Shown: one piece after another, positions 29,643 through 39,762 of the stretch
Layout: the number at the start of each line of letters is the position of its first letter
Numbering within the stretch: position 1 is the stretch's first letter
DNA from: an uncultured delta proteobacterium
GTDB lineage: Bacteria > Myxococcota_A > Polyangia > Polyangiales > JAFGIB01
Length of the DNA stretch: 64,000 bases
Direction of reading: 5' to 3'
Assembly: GCA_963778655.1 (NCBI GenBank)
Contig: CAVZVA010000009.1
Coordinates: 992,001-1,056,000 of the forward strand
Position numbers and translations under genes: made by a program
The notes under the pieces: generated by a model
What the model was told of the DNA's origin: nothing
Seen by the model: the letters and a program-made list of their open reading frames with translations, nothing else
Databases searched by the model: none

Positions 29643-30955
29643 GCACCCGAGTCGCCTGGCTGTGCGCCGCCATCGCCTGCTGCGCCATGGGCTGGCTCGG
29701 CTGCGCCTCCGGCGACACCGGCGCGCGCGACTCCAACTCCACCGGCAGTGGTGGCCGCGGCGGTGACGGCGGCGGCGGCGGCGCGAGCGGCAGCGGCAGC
29801 GGCAGCGGCGGCCGGGAAGCGGGGGAGGGAGGGGCCGGGCCCGCGGATGGGGGCAGTGCCGATGCGGCGCAGGACGCCGGGCGCGCGGGGGTGCTGCCTG
29901 CGCCCAACGTACGCGCGATCTTCACCACCGGTTGCGCCAGCTCGAGCATGGAGTCGACCCTGCTGCCCTCCAACCTGCTGTTCGTGATCGATCGCAGCGC
30001 ATCGATGGCCTGCAATCCGCCGCCCACCACCGACTCGATGGTGTGCGAGCAAGACCCCGTGGCCGTGGATGCGATGCTCCCAACCAAGTGGGAGATCACG
30101 CGCGGCGCGCTGCGCACCGCGATTCAGGCGCTGCCGTCGGACACCGTGGTGGGGATCTCGTACTTCAGCAACGACGACGCCTGCGGCGTACACGAAAACC
30201 CGAGCGTACCACTGGCCAAGCTCGACGACGCGCAGCGCACCGGCATCGAGGCCAGCCTGGCCAACGTCGAGCCAAGCGGCGCCACGCCACTGGTCGGCGC
30301 GACCATCCTCGCCTACAAGCACCTGCACGACCTCGCGCTCGCGGGGAAGATCCACGGCAAGCAGTTCGTGGTGCTGTTGACCGACGGCCAGCAGAGCGAC
30401 GCGTGTTCCGATCCGCAACTGTGCAGCGGCCAGCAAGCGTGCACGGACCTGCTGGTGAACACCGAGGTGCCCAAGGCTGCGGGCTCCGGCGTGGGGATCA
30501 AGACCTTCGTGATCGGCGCACCCGGCAGCGAGCCGGCGCGCGGGGTGCTGTCGCAGATCGCGTTCAACGGGGGTACAGCCCTGCCCGGCTGCAGCGTGGC
30601 GCTGGGCAACTGCCATTTCGACATGACTACGCAGGCGAAGTTCGACCAGGCTCTGGCGGACGCGCTCACGCAGATCGCGGGGCGCGCGTTGAGCTGCGAG
30701 CTGCCGCTGCCTCAGCCGCCGTCGGGCACGCTGGATCGCACGCTGGTCAACGTCGTGTACTCGCCGGCCGACGGCAGCGATCCGCGGCTGATCCTGAAGG
30801 ACGACCGCCCCTGCGACAGCGGCGCCGACGGCTGGCAGTACGCGCCGGACGAAACGAATATCCGCCTGTGCGGCCCGACCTGCGACAGCGTGCGCAAGGA
30901 TCGCGGCGGCCGCATCGACGTCGTTCTCGGCTGCCCAGTTCGTGCGCCGGGTTAG
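29639..30955 (+). CDS. vWA-domain Cys-rich lipoprotein
   Basis: Lipobox WLGC, Gly-rich linker, MIDAS DRSAS, GATPL, LLTDG. Confidence 0.85.
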   Translation: MSTRVAWLCAAIACCAMGWLGCASGDTGARDSNSTGSGGRGGDGGGGGASGSGSGSGGREAGEGGAGPADGGSADAAQDAGRAGVLPAPNVRAIFTTGCASSSMESTLLPSNLLFVIDRSASMACNPPPTTDSMVCEQDPVAVDAMLPTKWEITRGALRTAIQALPSDTVVGISYFSNDDACGVHENPSVPLAKLDDAQRTGIEASLANVEPSGATPLVGATILAYKHLHDLALAGKIHGKQFVVLLTDGQQSDACSDPQLCSGQQACTDLLVNTEVPKAAGSGVGIKTFVIGAPGSEPARGVLSQIAFNGGTALPGCSVALGNCHFDMTTQAKFDQALADALTQIAGRALSCELPLPQPPSGTLDRTLVNVVYSPADGSDPRLILKDDRPCDSGADGWQYAPDETNIRLCGPTCDSVRKDRGGRIDVVLGCPVRAPG

Positions 30956-31273
30956 AGCACCGAACAGCTTGAAGCGTGTGCGAAGTCGCGGTGATGGGGG
31001 ATGCAGGGTGCGGGCAGGAGCCCGCAGGCGTAGTGAACCCTATGTCAAGCGGCGAGTGCTCGCGCCATGCGCCCGCCAGGGTCGTGAAATCGTGCGCGTT
31101 TCAAGCTGATCGGTGCTCTAGCAGGCAGCGGGAGGCAAATTGCGGGCACGAGCGTGGTCACGACCGCGACCATGATCCCGAAGGCATGGAGTCCGGCCAG
31201 AGGCTCGGGTGGTTGGGCGCGCCCCCTTTGCCGGTTTCTGGACCCGTGGACGCGCTGCGTGCAGATCCGAGGG

Positions 31274-32962
31274 ATGGCGCAGGCATCGCAAGCGCGCGCT
31301 CGCCACGTAGCTCAAGCGGGGCTTGCGCTGCGCGTGTGGCTTGCACTGCTGCTGGGCGCGCTGTCGAGCTGCGCAGGGGTAGGGCCCGAGCTCGCGCGGC
31401 CCGCGCCGCCGCCGAGCGCGGCCGCCGTGACCGGGCCGCCGCCCGCGCACGTGGAGCGTCCGCGCCCGGCCGCGAAGCCGCTTCCTACGGCCGCGCCCGC
31501 GCCGGCTCCCGCACCGCCCGTTCCCGACGACGCGCTGGCCGAGCAGCTCGCCGGCGAGCGTGCCGTCGAGAGCGGCTACGACCAGCGCTTCCCGCTCTAC
31601 GGCGTCGCGTTCCACGTGCTGGCCCAGGTGTTCGCCGAGCCCGACGCCCACGCCGAGGTGATCGGTTACCTGCGGCGCGGGAGCGTCTTCCGCGCTGCGG
31701 CCGGCCACAAGGGCTCGGGCTGCGCGCGGGCGTGGCACGAGCTCGCCAGCGGCGGCTTCGCGTGCGCTGGACGTGGCTTCGCGTTCGGCTCGAGCCCGCA
31801 GCGCTTCGAGCCAGCGCCGTTGCCGCCCGCGATGAGCGACCCGCTGCCCTACCGCTACGCCAAGAACAGCGGCAAGGTCGGGCTGCAGTACTGGCGCGTC
31901 CCCACGCCGGCTGAGCGCAGCGCGGCCCTGCGCCTGCTCGCGGCGGCGCCCCCGGGGTTGTTGCACGCCGCCGAGACCAGCGGCGATCCCGCGGCGACCG
32001 CGGCGCTCGGATTACCGGACTTCGTACGCGCACCGATGGAGCCCGGGTTCTACGTCAGCCTGGACGGCGGCGAGCCGACGGACGAGGACGGCTTCGCCCG
32101 CACGGTGCGCGGCGCCTACGTGGAGACCGCCGCGCTCGGCGAGGTCACGCTCGGGGCCGCGCCCGGCGTGGTGCTGCACGGGCCGGACGACCTGCCGCTC
32201 GGGATCGCGTATCGCGGCGAGACCACATTGCTGCGGCGCGACGCGCTCGATGGCGAGCTGCGTCCCGCTGCCACGCTACCGCGCTTCGGCAGCGTGCGCC
32301 TGACCGAGACGCGGGTGCAGAGCGGCAAGCGCAGCTACTTGCTGACGCGCGATGGCTTCTTCGTCGCCGAATCGCAGCTGCGCGTGGTGCGCGTGCCGGC
32401 GCGGCCTCCGCTGGTGCCCAGGCGCGCGCGCTTCATCCACGTCGACCTGGAGCAGCAGGCGTTGATCGCCTATGAGGGGCCGCGTCCGGTGTTTGCGACG
32501 CTGGTGTCGACGGGCAAGCCCGGCTACGACACCCCGCAGGGTATCTACCGCATCTACGCCAAGCACGTCTCGACCACGATGGACGGGCTGGTTCCGCTGC
32601 ACAAGGACGCGCCGGCCGCGGGCGCGGCGGGTGGGTCCGGCAGCGCGGGCAAGGCTCAGGCGCAGGGCCCGGCTGCGGCCGGCGCGCGCCCGTCGCCGCT
32701 GGGCACCGCAGGGGGCGACGCCGAGGACGAGGCATACAGCATCGAGGACGTGCCCTGGACCATGTACTTCCAGGGCAGCTACGCCTTGCACGCCGCGTTC
32801 TGGCACGACCACTTCGGCCGCGTGCGCAGTCACGGCTGCGTCAATCTTGCCCCGGCCGATGCCCAGTGGCTGTTCCGCTGGAGCACCCCGACGCTGCCCT
32901 CGGGCTGGCACGGCGTCGTCGCCACCCGCGACAATCCAGGCACCTGGATCGGAATCGACTGA
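31274..32962 (+). CDS. L,D-transpeptidase (YkuD domain) lipoprotein
   Basis: IHVDLEQQALIAYEG, LVSTGKPGYDTPQG, ALHAAFWH..RSHGCVNL; lipobox LSSC. Confidence 0.9.
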   Translation: MAQASQARARHVAQAGLALRVWLALLLGALSSCAGVGPELARPAPPPSAAAVTGPPPAHVERPRPAAKPLPTAAPAPAPAPPVPDDALAEQLAGERAVESGYDQRFPLYGVAFHVLAQVFAEPDAHAEVIGYLRRGSVFRAAAGHKGSGCARAWHELASGGFACAGRGFAFGSSPQRFEPAPLPPAMSDPLPYRYAKNSGKVGLQYWRVPTPAERSAALRLLAAAPPGLLHAAETSGDPAATAALGLPDFVRAPMEPGFYVSLDGGEPTDEDGFARTVRGAYVETAALGEVTLGAAPGVVLHGPDDLPLGIAYRGETTLLRRDALDGELRPAATLPRFGSVRLTETRVQSGKRSYLLTRDGFFVAESQLRVVRVPARPPLVPRRARFIHVDLEQQALIAYEGPRPVFATLVSTGKPGYDTPQGIYRIYAKHVSTTMDGLVPLHKDAPAAGAAGGSGSAGKAQAQGPAAAGARPSPLGTAGGDAEDEAYSIEDVPWTMYFQGSYALHAAFWHDHFGRVRSHGCVNLAPADAQWLFRWSTPTLPSGWHGVVATRDNPGTWIGID

Positions 32963-33000
32963 GCCCCCTCCCAGTCGCGGTCGCAGTCGCAGCCCCCGCC

Positions 33001-34929
33001 TCAGCGCGCGAGCAGCCCGTCGACCAGGCGGCGGACGGCGGCCACGTCGAAGGGCTTGTCGATGCGCGGATTGTCGACCTTCTGCAGGAAGCGATCGGCT
33101 TCGGGCAGAAAGGCGCCGCCGGACATGAACGCGAAGCGCGGCGCCAGCTCCGGTCGCGTGCGCCGCACGTGCTCGAACAGCTGCATCCCGGTCTCGCCCG
33201 GCATGACCAGATCGCACAACACGACGTCGAAATGCTCGCCGCTCTCGATCCGCTTGCGCGCGTCGGCGGCGTTGCCGAACGCGATCACCTCGTGGTCGTC
33301 GCCGAGCGCCGCCGCCAGCGAGTCGATCACCGCGCGCTCATCGTCGACGAGCAACACCCGCCCGCGGCGCGCGGCCGGAAAAGGCGCCGGCGTCGCCACC
33401 CGCACCGGGCGCGCCTCGCCGCTGCGCGCGCGCAGCACCACCGTTACGCAGGTGCCCGCCCCGGGCTCGCTCTCGATCTGAATGTCGCCGCCGGCGGCGC
33501 CCACGATGCCATGGCAGATCGGCAGCCCCAGCCCGGTCCCCACCCCGGTCGGCTTGGTGGTGAAGAAGGGGTCGAACACGCGCTTGAGCACGTCCTTGCT
33601 CATGCCGATGCCGTTGTCTTTCACCTTGGCCACCACCGTGTCCGCGGCGCCGCGTTGCAGCGAGACCTCGATCACGTTGCGCTGCGGGTCGAGATCCTGC
33701 ACCGCGTGTGCCGCGTTGATCAGCAGGTTCAAGAACAGCTGCTCCAGGCGCGTGGCGTTGCCGTGCACCGGCGGTAGCGGCTCGATCTGCTTGTCGATGC
33801 GCGCGCGGTGACGGATCTCGTGGCGCGCCATGTGCAGCGCGGCCTCGACCGCGGCCTCGAGATCGACCGGGCCGTAGATGCCGTCGTGCTTGCGGGTAAA
33901 GGTCTGCAGGTCGCGCACGATGGTCTTGACGCGCTCTGCGCCCTGCTTGGTCTCGCGCAGGCGCTTGAGCATCGGGTCGAGCCGGCTGGGGTCGCCCACC
34001 AGCTTGGGCAGCTCCCGAATCAGGAACTCGAGGTTCAACATCAGGTAGGCCAGCGGGTTGTTGATCTCGTGCGCCACGCCGGCCGCCAGCGTCCCCACCG
34101 CGGCCAGCTTGTCGGCTTCCATCAGCTGCGCGAGCATCGCCTTGCGCTCGGTCACGTCGCGCGCGAACGCCAGCACCGCCGGCGCCCCTTCGTACTCGAT
34201 CGGGATCGCCGAGATCTCCACGGTGAGCTCGCGCCCCTCGGTGTCGCGGCTGCGATACTCGGTCGATCCCAGACGCGCGCCGTGCATCCGCTGCTCCACG
34301 CGCTCGCTGGCGCGCTCCGCCTCGGTCGGCTCCAGGCGGCTCAGGATGCTGGCTCCGACCGCCTGTTGCGGCGACTTGAAGCCGAGCATGCGCGCGGCGG
34401 CCGGGTTGACGAACAGGATGGTGGGCCAGCGCATGATGGCCACGCCGTCGGGCGCGTTCTCGATCAGGGAGCGGAAGTTGGCCTCCGAGCGGCGCAACGC
34501 GTCCTCGGCGCTCCGGCGATGGCTGATGTCGAACAGAAAGGTGACGTTGGCCACGCGCCCTTCGATCGCGATCGGCGTGATCGAGATCTCGACCGGCACG
34601 CGCCGCCCATCGGTCCGCACGATCGCGCTCTCGAACGTCTGCGGCGAGGTGTCGCCGCGCAGGCGCTGCTCGTGAATCTGCATCAAGCGCGGCCGCTCCT
34701 CGGGTGGAAACGAAGCCCAGACCGAGCGTTCCATGATGGTCTCGAGGCTTTCGCCGAGCAGGCGCTCGGTGCCCTTGTTCAGGTAGACGACGTTGACGCG
34801 ATTGGGTGAGGCCGGGTCCGCGTACGAAATGCAGACGCACATTCCGACGTTGTCCGCGGCCGCGGCCAGCGCCTCGAACACGAGAGCTGAGCGCGGACCG
34901 GCGGCCGCATCCTTGCCGCTGTCATCCAC
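33001..34929 (-). CDS. PAS-PAS hybrid histidine kinase / receiver
   Basis: Two PAS domains, AHEINNPL H-box, NLLINA, DNGIG, FDPFFTTK..GTGLGL, C-terminal REC (VDDE, CD, KPF). Start codon approximate. Confidence 0.92.
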   Translation of the reverse strand: MDDSGKDAAAGPRSALVFEALAAAADNVGMCVCISYADPASPNRVNVVYLNKGTERLLGESLETIMERSVWASFPPEERPRLMQIHEQRLRGDTSPQTFESAIVRTDGRRVPVEISITPIAIEGRVANVTFLFDISHRRSAEDALRRSEANFRSLIENAPDGVAIMRWPTILFVNPAAARMLGFKSPQQAVGASILSRLEPTEAERASERVEQRMHGARLGSTEYRSRDTEGRELTVEISAIPIEYEGAPAVLAFARDVTERKAMLAQLMEADKLAAVGTLAAGVAHEINNPLAYLMLNLEFLIRELPKLVGDPSRLDPMLKRLRETKQGAERVKTIVRDLQTFTRKHDGIYGPVDLEAAVEAALHMARHEIRHRARIDKQIEPLPPVHGNATRLEQLFLNLLINAAHAVQDLDPQRNVIEVSLQRGAADTVVAKVKDNGIGMSKDVLKRVFDPFFTTKPTGVGTGLGLPICHGIVGAAGGDIQIESEPGAGTCVTVVLRARSGEARPVRVATPAPFPAARRGRVLLVDDERAVIDSLAAALGDDHEVIAFGNAADARKRIESGEHFDVVLCDLVMPGETGMQLFEHVRRTRPELAPRFAFMSGGAFLPEADRFLQKVDNPRIDKPFDVAAVRRLVDGLLAR

Positions 34930-35201
34930 CAGTCGATGATAGTCCGAGCCACAACACCGTGGCCCTGAGCAGGCGTCCAGTACGCGGTCGCCGGAGCCCG
35001 TGATAGAGGGCAGGTCGCAAACCGCAAGCGGCGCTCCGTAGCCGCTGGCGCCCTCTGCGGCGGGGGCCTCGAAGCCCCCGGCACTGTTTTGGCCCTCGCG
35101 GCGCGGTCGAGGACGCCGCGACCGAAATCCGCACGCACGGGGGTGTGAGATGCGCTCAGGCAAGCAACAGGCGGGCGATCCCTGCCGATAGAGGGGGCAC
35201 G

Positions 35202-37136
35202 ATGCGCGCAGCTCGAGCCAAACACCCGATGCCCGTGGCCCGCCGTTGCGGCCGCGCCGGGGCATGGCTGCTGCTGGCGCTGCTGGTCGGCCTGCCCGTG
35301 CGCGCGCGTGCCGAGCCGGGCGCGTGGCTGCTGCTCTCGTCGGCCGTCGCCCACGAAGGCGCGGGCACGCCGATCGCCCGGCGCGCGGCCCAGCAGCTGG
35401 CCCGGGCGCTGGGCACCGGCTCGGTGCGGCTGGTCTCGCCGGCGCGCGCGCGCGCCGAATTCGAGCAGCGCGGCTCGACCGCCCCGCTGATGGTCAGCCA
35501 CGGCGACCTCGACGCGCTGGCGCGCGACACGCAGATGGCGCTCTACCACGTGGCCAGCGGGTTGCCCGCCAAGGCGCGGCAGGACGTGGAACGGGCGCTG
35601 ACGCGCGCCGACAAGGTGCTCGAGTCGCTCAATCGCGAATCGCTTGCCGCCCAGCAGCTGCTCGACGCCTGCCTCTACCTGGTGCGCGCCCAGCTGCAGA
35701 GCGGCCAGCGCCAGGCCGCGCGAGAGCAGGCGCTGCAGTGCCGGCGTCGCGTGCCCGACATCGAGCCCGACGGCACGATGCACCCGCCGGAGGTGATCGG
35801 CATCCTGGCCGAGGCCGAGGCCGAGCTGCGCCAGCGCGAGCCGGGCTCGCTGCGCGTGGAGAGCCTGCCCTCGGGTTGCGCGGTCTACGTCAACGGTCGC
35901 CATTTGGGCGAGGCGCCGCTGGAGCTGCCGCAGCTCGGGCCCGGCGAGTATCGGCTGCAGGCCGAGTGCCAGGAGGGCACCGCGGGCCGCGTGCACCGCG
36001 TAACCATCGGCAGCACGCGCGTGGTCAAGCGCATCGATACGCGCTTCGATGCCGCGGTGCAGACCTCGCTCGACCTGTCGCTGCGCTACGACTCGGCTGC
36101 GGCGCAGCACGGCCACGCGTACAGCGACGCGGTCGAGGTCGGACGCGTGGTCGGCGCGGGCGAGGTGCTGCTGCTGCTTCCGGTGATCGACGCCGCGGAC
36201 AAGCCTACCGACGTGGTGCAGGTCGACCGCATCCGCGTGCTCGACGGGCATTTGCTGGGCGCGATTCGGTTGCGCGTGGACGGTGCGGGCGCGATCGACG
36301 CCAAGGCGCTGTCCGCGGCCGTGCGCGGGCTGCGGCGCGGCGAGCAGATAAGCTACGCGGGCGCAGGCGCCGCGCCGCTGGCTGAATTGCAGGTGCCCGC
36401 GCAGATCCCGGCAGAGGATGCGACCCCGGACAAGGGACGCGCTGCCAAGACGGCGGCCGCGAAGGCCGCGCCCGCCGCGCGCGCGGCGGGCACCTTGCCG
36501 CCGCCCCCGCCGGCAGGCGAGCCGGCGGCCGAGCCGCAGCCGCCATCCGTCGCCGGAGGCGCCACCCCGCCCAGGGACAAGGGCGGCTGGTCGCCCGAGC
36601 CGCTGGGCATTGGGCTGGGCGCCGCGGGCGCGGTGGCCACGCTGGTCGGCTGGGGCCTGTTCGCGCACCAATACGCCCTCGAGCTGCGCTACAGCTCGCA
36701 GAAGAACGCCGGGCTGAGCTACGCGAACACGTTGAGCGAGCTCAACGCGTTCGAGCCCGTGCCGCTGGCGGTGGAGGCGGGCGGCGCGGCCTTGCTCACC
36801 GCCTCGCTGCCCTGGCTGCTGCCGCCAGCGCCACCGCACCATGTGCCGACCTGGGGCATCGTCGCCGGCGGGGCAGGGGGCGCGCTGGCGATCGCCGGGA
36901 CCGTATTTCTGGTGCGCGGCGCGCAGTGCGATCGCTTCGACATCGAAGGCCGCTGCAGCGATATTCTGGCGACCACGCGCTTCGGCGCGCTGCTGCTGAC
37001 CGGCTCGCTGCCCTTTCTCGGCGTGCCGGTCGTCTATTTGTTGCGCGGCCCAGGGCAGGGGCGCGATACCAACGTCTCGCTGCAGCCAGCGCCAGGCGGG
37101 CGCGGCGCGCAGCTGATCTGGAGGGGCAACCTGTGA
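35202..37136 (+). CDS. PEGA domain protein
   Basis: Signal peptide; LRVESLPSGCAVYVNGRHLGEAP..LGPGEYRL; C-terminal hydrophobic segments. Confidence 0.8.
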   Translation: MRAARAKHPMPVARRCGRAGAWLLLALLVGLPVRARAEPGAWLLLSSAVAHEGAGTPIARRAAQQLARALGTGSVRLVSPARARAEFEQRGSTAPLMVSHGDLDALARDTQMALYHVASGLPAKARQDVERALTRADKVLESLNRESLAAQQLLDACLYLVRAQLQSGQRQAAREQALQCRRRVPDIEPDGTMHPPEVIGILAEAEAELRQREPGSLRVESLPSGCAVYVNGRHLGEAPLELPQLGPGEYRLQAECQEGTAGRVHRVTIGSTRVVKRIDTRFDAAVQTSLDLSLRYDSAAAQHGHAYSDAVEVGRVVGAGEVLLLLPVIDAADKPTDVVQVDRIRVLDGHLLGAIRLRVDGAGAIDAKALSAAVRGLRRGEQISYAGAGAAPLAELQVPAQIPAEDATPDKGRAAKTAAAKAAPAARAAGTLPPPPPAGEPAAEPQPPSVAGGATPPRDKGGWSPEPLGIGLGAAGAVATLVGWGLFAHQYALELRYSSQKNAGLSYANTLSELNAFEPVPLAVEAGGAALLTASLPWLLPPAPPHHVPTWGIVAGGAGGALAIAGTVFLVRGAQCDRFDIEGRCSDILATTRFGALLLTGSLPFLGVPVVYLLRGPGQGRDTNVSLQPAPGGRGAQLIWRGNL

Positions 37137-38263
37137 CCCAAGCGCGTGGAGGCTCGAGCATGGCGGCGCGCCCGCGCGTCCGGGCGGCAGGCGCGGCGCT
37201 GCGGAAGGCGCGGGCGCGGTCGAGCGGCGCCGCCGCGGGGCTGGCGCTCGGCCTTGCGCTCGCGCTGGGGCCCGCGACGGTGCGCGCGGAGACGGCGGTG
37301 CTGCTACCCCACCGCGGCGACGACGGGCTGGTCGAGCAGCGCCAGCAGGCCCAGCAGGTGCTGTCGCAGACGCTGGCCGCGCAGGGCATCCGCGTGCTGA
37401 GCGTGACCGAGGCGGCGAGCCAGATCAGCGGCGGCGGCGCCGCCGCCGAGTGCACGACCCTGGACTGCGCGCCCGCGCTGCTGCAGGCCAGCGGCGCCGA
37501 CTCGGCGGCCGTGCTCGCGCTTTGGGCCACTGGCTCGCCACCTGTGCCGGGTACGGTATTCGTCACGCTGGTCGATCGGCGCGGCGATCGCTATCCGGGC
37601 AAGGCCACCATCGACCACGGCGACTTCGCCGCCGCCACCAAGCAGGCGCTGCTCGACGCGCGCGCGCTGCAGCTGCTCGGGCCCGGGCCGTGGCTGCGCG
37701 TTCACGCCAAACCGGACGGCGCGCAGGTCGTGCTCAACGGCAAGCTGGTCGGCACCACGCCCTACCGCGCGGCGGTGGCCTCGGGTCGCTACACGCTCGA
37801 GGTGCGCGCGAAGGGCTCGCGCTCGTACGCGCAGACGGTCGACGTGCCGCCCAACGAGGCGCGTCAGGTGGAGGTCGACGTCGCGCTCAAGCCGCGCGCG
37901 GGCGAGGCCGCCGCGGCCGGTCCGGTCGGCCCCGACGCCTTCGACCTCGACGCGGACACCGGCGCCGAGCCGTCGCGGCCCGTGGTGGGCCCACTGATCC
38001 TGGGGGGCATGGGCGTGGCCGCGCTCACCTATGACGTGGTGGCGCTGGCCGGCAGCGGCTGCGATCACCGCGAGCCCAGCGGCGCGTGCACCAAGAAGAC
38101 CGAGATCAACGCGGCTCCGGCGGCGATCTTCGGCGTGGTGGGCGTGGGCGCGATCGCGGGCGCCGCGCTGTGGTACTTGCTGGGCGAACAGGAGCCCGCG
38201 GGCGAAGCGCGGGTTTCCCTTGCGCCCGGCCCCGGCTCGCTCAATCTCAAGGGCAGCTTCTGA
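37133..38263 (+). CDS. PEGA domain protein
   Basis: LRVHAKPDGAQVVLNGKLVGTTP..SGRYTLEV; ends LKGSF. Confidence 0.82.
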   Translation: MTQARGGSSMAARPRVRAAGAALRKARARSSGAAAGLALGLALALGPATVRAETAVLLPHRGDDGLVEQRQQAQQVLSQTLAAQGIRVLSVTEAASQISGGGAAAECTTLDCAPALLQASGADSAAVLALWATGSPPVPGTVFVTLVDRRGDRYPGKATIDHGDFAAATKQALLDARALQLLGPGPWLRVHAKPDGAQVVLNGKLVGTTPYRAAVASGRYTLEVRAKGSRSYAQTVDVPPNEARQVEVDVALKPRAGEAAAAGPVGPDAFDLDADTGAEPSRPVVGPLILGGMGVAALTYDVVALAGSGCDHREPSGACTKKTEINAAPAAIFGVVGVGAIAGAALWYLLGEQEPAGEARVSLAPGPGSLNLKGSF

Positions 38264-38274
38264 GGGACCTTTTC

Positions 38275-39762
38275 ATGACGCTTCGCTTGCCCAAGCTCGC
38301 CACCGTTTGGCTGCTCTCCGCCTTCGCGCTGTCGATCGCGGCCTGTCGCGACATCGCCGCGGTCAAGACCGTGGACCTGTGCCAGGGCGCGACGTTCAGC
38401 GCCGACTGCGCGCAATGTCGCAGCACACCTCCCGATCCGAAGTGCGAGCAGTGCCAGGGCGATCATCCGGCAGCCGCGTGCAAGCAGGCCGGCGATGGCG
38501 GCAGCGGCGGTGCCGGTGCCGCTGGCGGCAAAGGCGGCGCGAGCGGCGGCAGCGGCGGCAGCGGTGGCATGGGCGGCACGGGCGGCACGGGCGGCGACGC
38601 CGCGGCCGACGGGGGCACAGGAGGCGACGCCGGCGACGCGCAAGTCGACGCCGGCCCGTGCGGGACGTGCCCGGCGGCCAAGCCGGCGTGCGTCGACAAC
38701 CAGTGCCAGGAGTGCGGCGGCGACCGGGATTGCACCGGCGCGGCGCGCGCGCACTGCGATACCGACACGCACAGCTGCGTGGCCTGCCTGCAGCCCAGCG
38801 ACTGCGGCGCGAGCAAGCCCGAGTGCGACACCGACACGCACAGCTGCGTGCAGTGCCTGACCAGCGCGGCCTGCCAGAGCGGCGGCAAGCCGCAGTGCGA
38901 CACGGACACGCACAGCTGCGTGCGGTGCCTCGGCAACGGCGACTGCGATGCCGCGAGCCCGCAGTGCAGCACCGGCCACGTCTGCGGCGCCTGCGACGGC
39001 GACGGTGCCTGCAGCGACCGCAGCGACACCCCCCGCTGCGACACCGCGACCGGCTCGAGCACCCGCGGCCAGTGCGTGCAGTGCCTGAGCAGCGCCGACT
39101 GCCAGAGCCCGAGCACCCCGGAGTGCACCAACCGCACCTGCCAGGCCTGCACCAGCGACACCGCCTGCACCGGCCGCACCGGCACCGAAGTCTGCGAAAC
39201 CACCGGCACCGCCCCCATGCACGGCCAGTGCGTGGAGTGCACGGCCACCAAACGCACCGCCTGCGCCAGCTCCGCCAACGCCTGCAAAGTCTCCACCGGC
39301 GCCTGCACGAGCACGGCCTACCAGTCGCTGCTCCCCTGCGCGCCGTGCGAGACGGACGGGGAGTGCCAGCCGGGCACCAAGTGCGTAGTGCAGGAGTTTG
39401 GCAGCCAGATGCTGGGACCGTATTGCTTCTACGAGCAGAGCCCCAATGGCTGCGCGGACACCAACCTGCAAGCGCGCCCCTACAGCAACCCCGTGGCCAC
39501 GACCAGCATCGACGGCGCCAGCTCCACCTACTGCCTACCGCCCCCAACGACGACCTGCGCCGGGATCGCAGACGCGACGAACTGGGACGGCCAAGGTGGC
39601 GGTGCGAAGACTTGCAGCATGCCCGACGATTGCGGCGAGAACGACATCAGTGACGGGACCTGCGGGGCCAACGGCAAGTGTACGTACAGTTGCAACGCCG
39701 GCCCGGACTGCCCCGGGACCTTTCCGACGTGTCCCTCAAGCGGCACAAAGATCTGCCAATAG
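38275..39762 (+). CDS. Cys-rich repeat lipoprotein, paralogue 1
   Basis: Lipobox IAAC, Gly linker, tandem ~24-aa repeats such as CVQCL..ADC...P.CDT. Confidence 0.85.
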   Translation: MTLRLPKLATVWLLSAFALSIAACRDIAAVKTVDLCQGATFSADCAQCRSTPPDPKCEQCQGDHPAAACKQAGDGGSGGAGAAGGKGGASGGSGGSGGMGGTGGTGGDAAADGGTGGDAGDAQVDAGPCGTCPAAKPACVDNQCQECGGDRDCTGAARAHCDTDTHSCVACLQPSDCGASKPECDTDTHSCVQCLTSAACQSGGKPQCDTDTHSCVRCLGNGDCDAASPQCSTGHVCGACDGDGACSDRSDTPRCDTATGSSTRGQCVQCLSSADCQSPSTPECTNRTCQACTSDTACTGRTGTEVCETTGTAPMHGQCVECTATKRTACASSANACKVSTGACTSTAYQSLLPCAPCETDGECQPGTKCVVQEFGSQMLGPYCFYEQSPNGCADTNLQARPYSNPVATTSIDGASSTYCLPPPTTTCAGIADATNWDGQGGGAKTCSMPDDCGENDISDGTCGANGKCTYSCNAGPDCPGTFPTCPSSGTKICQ

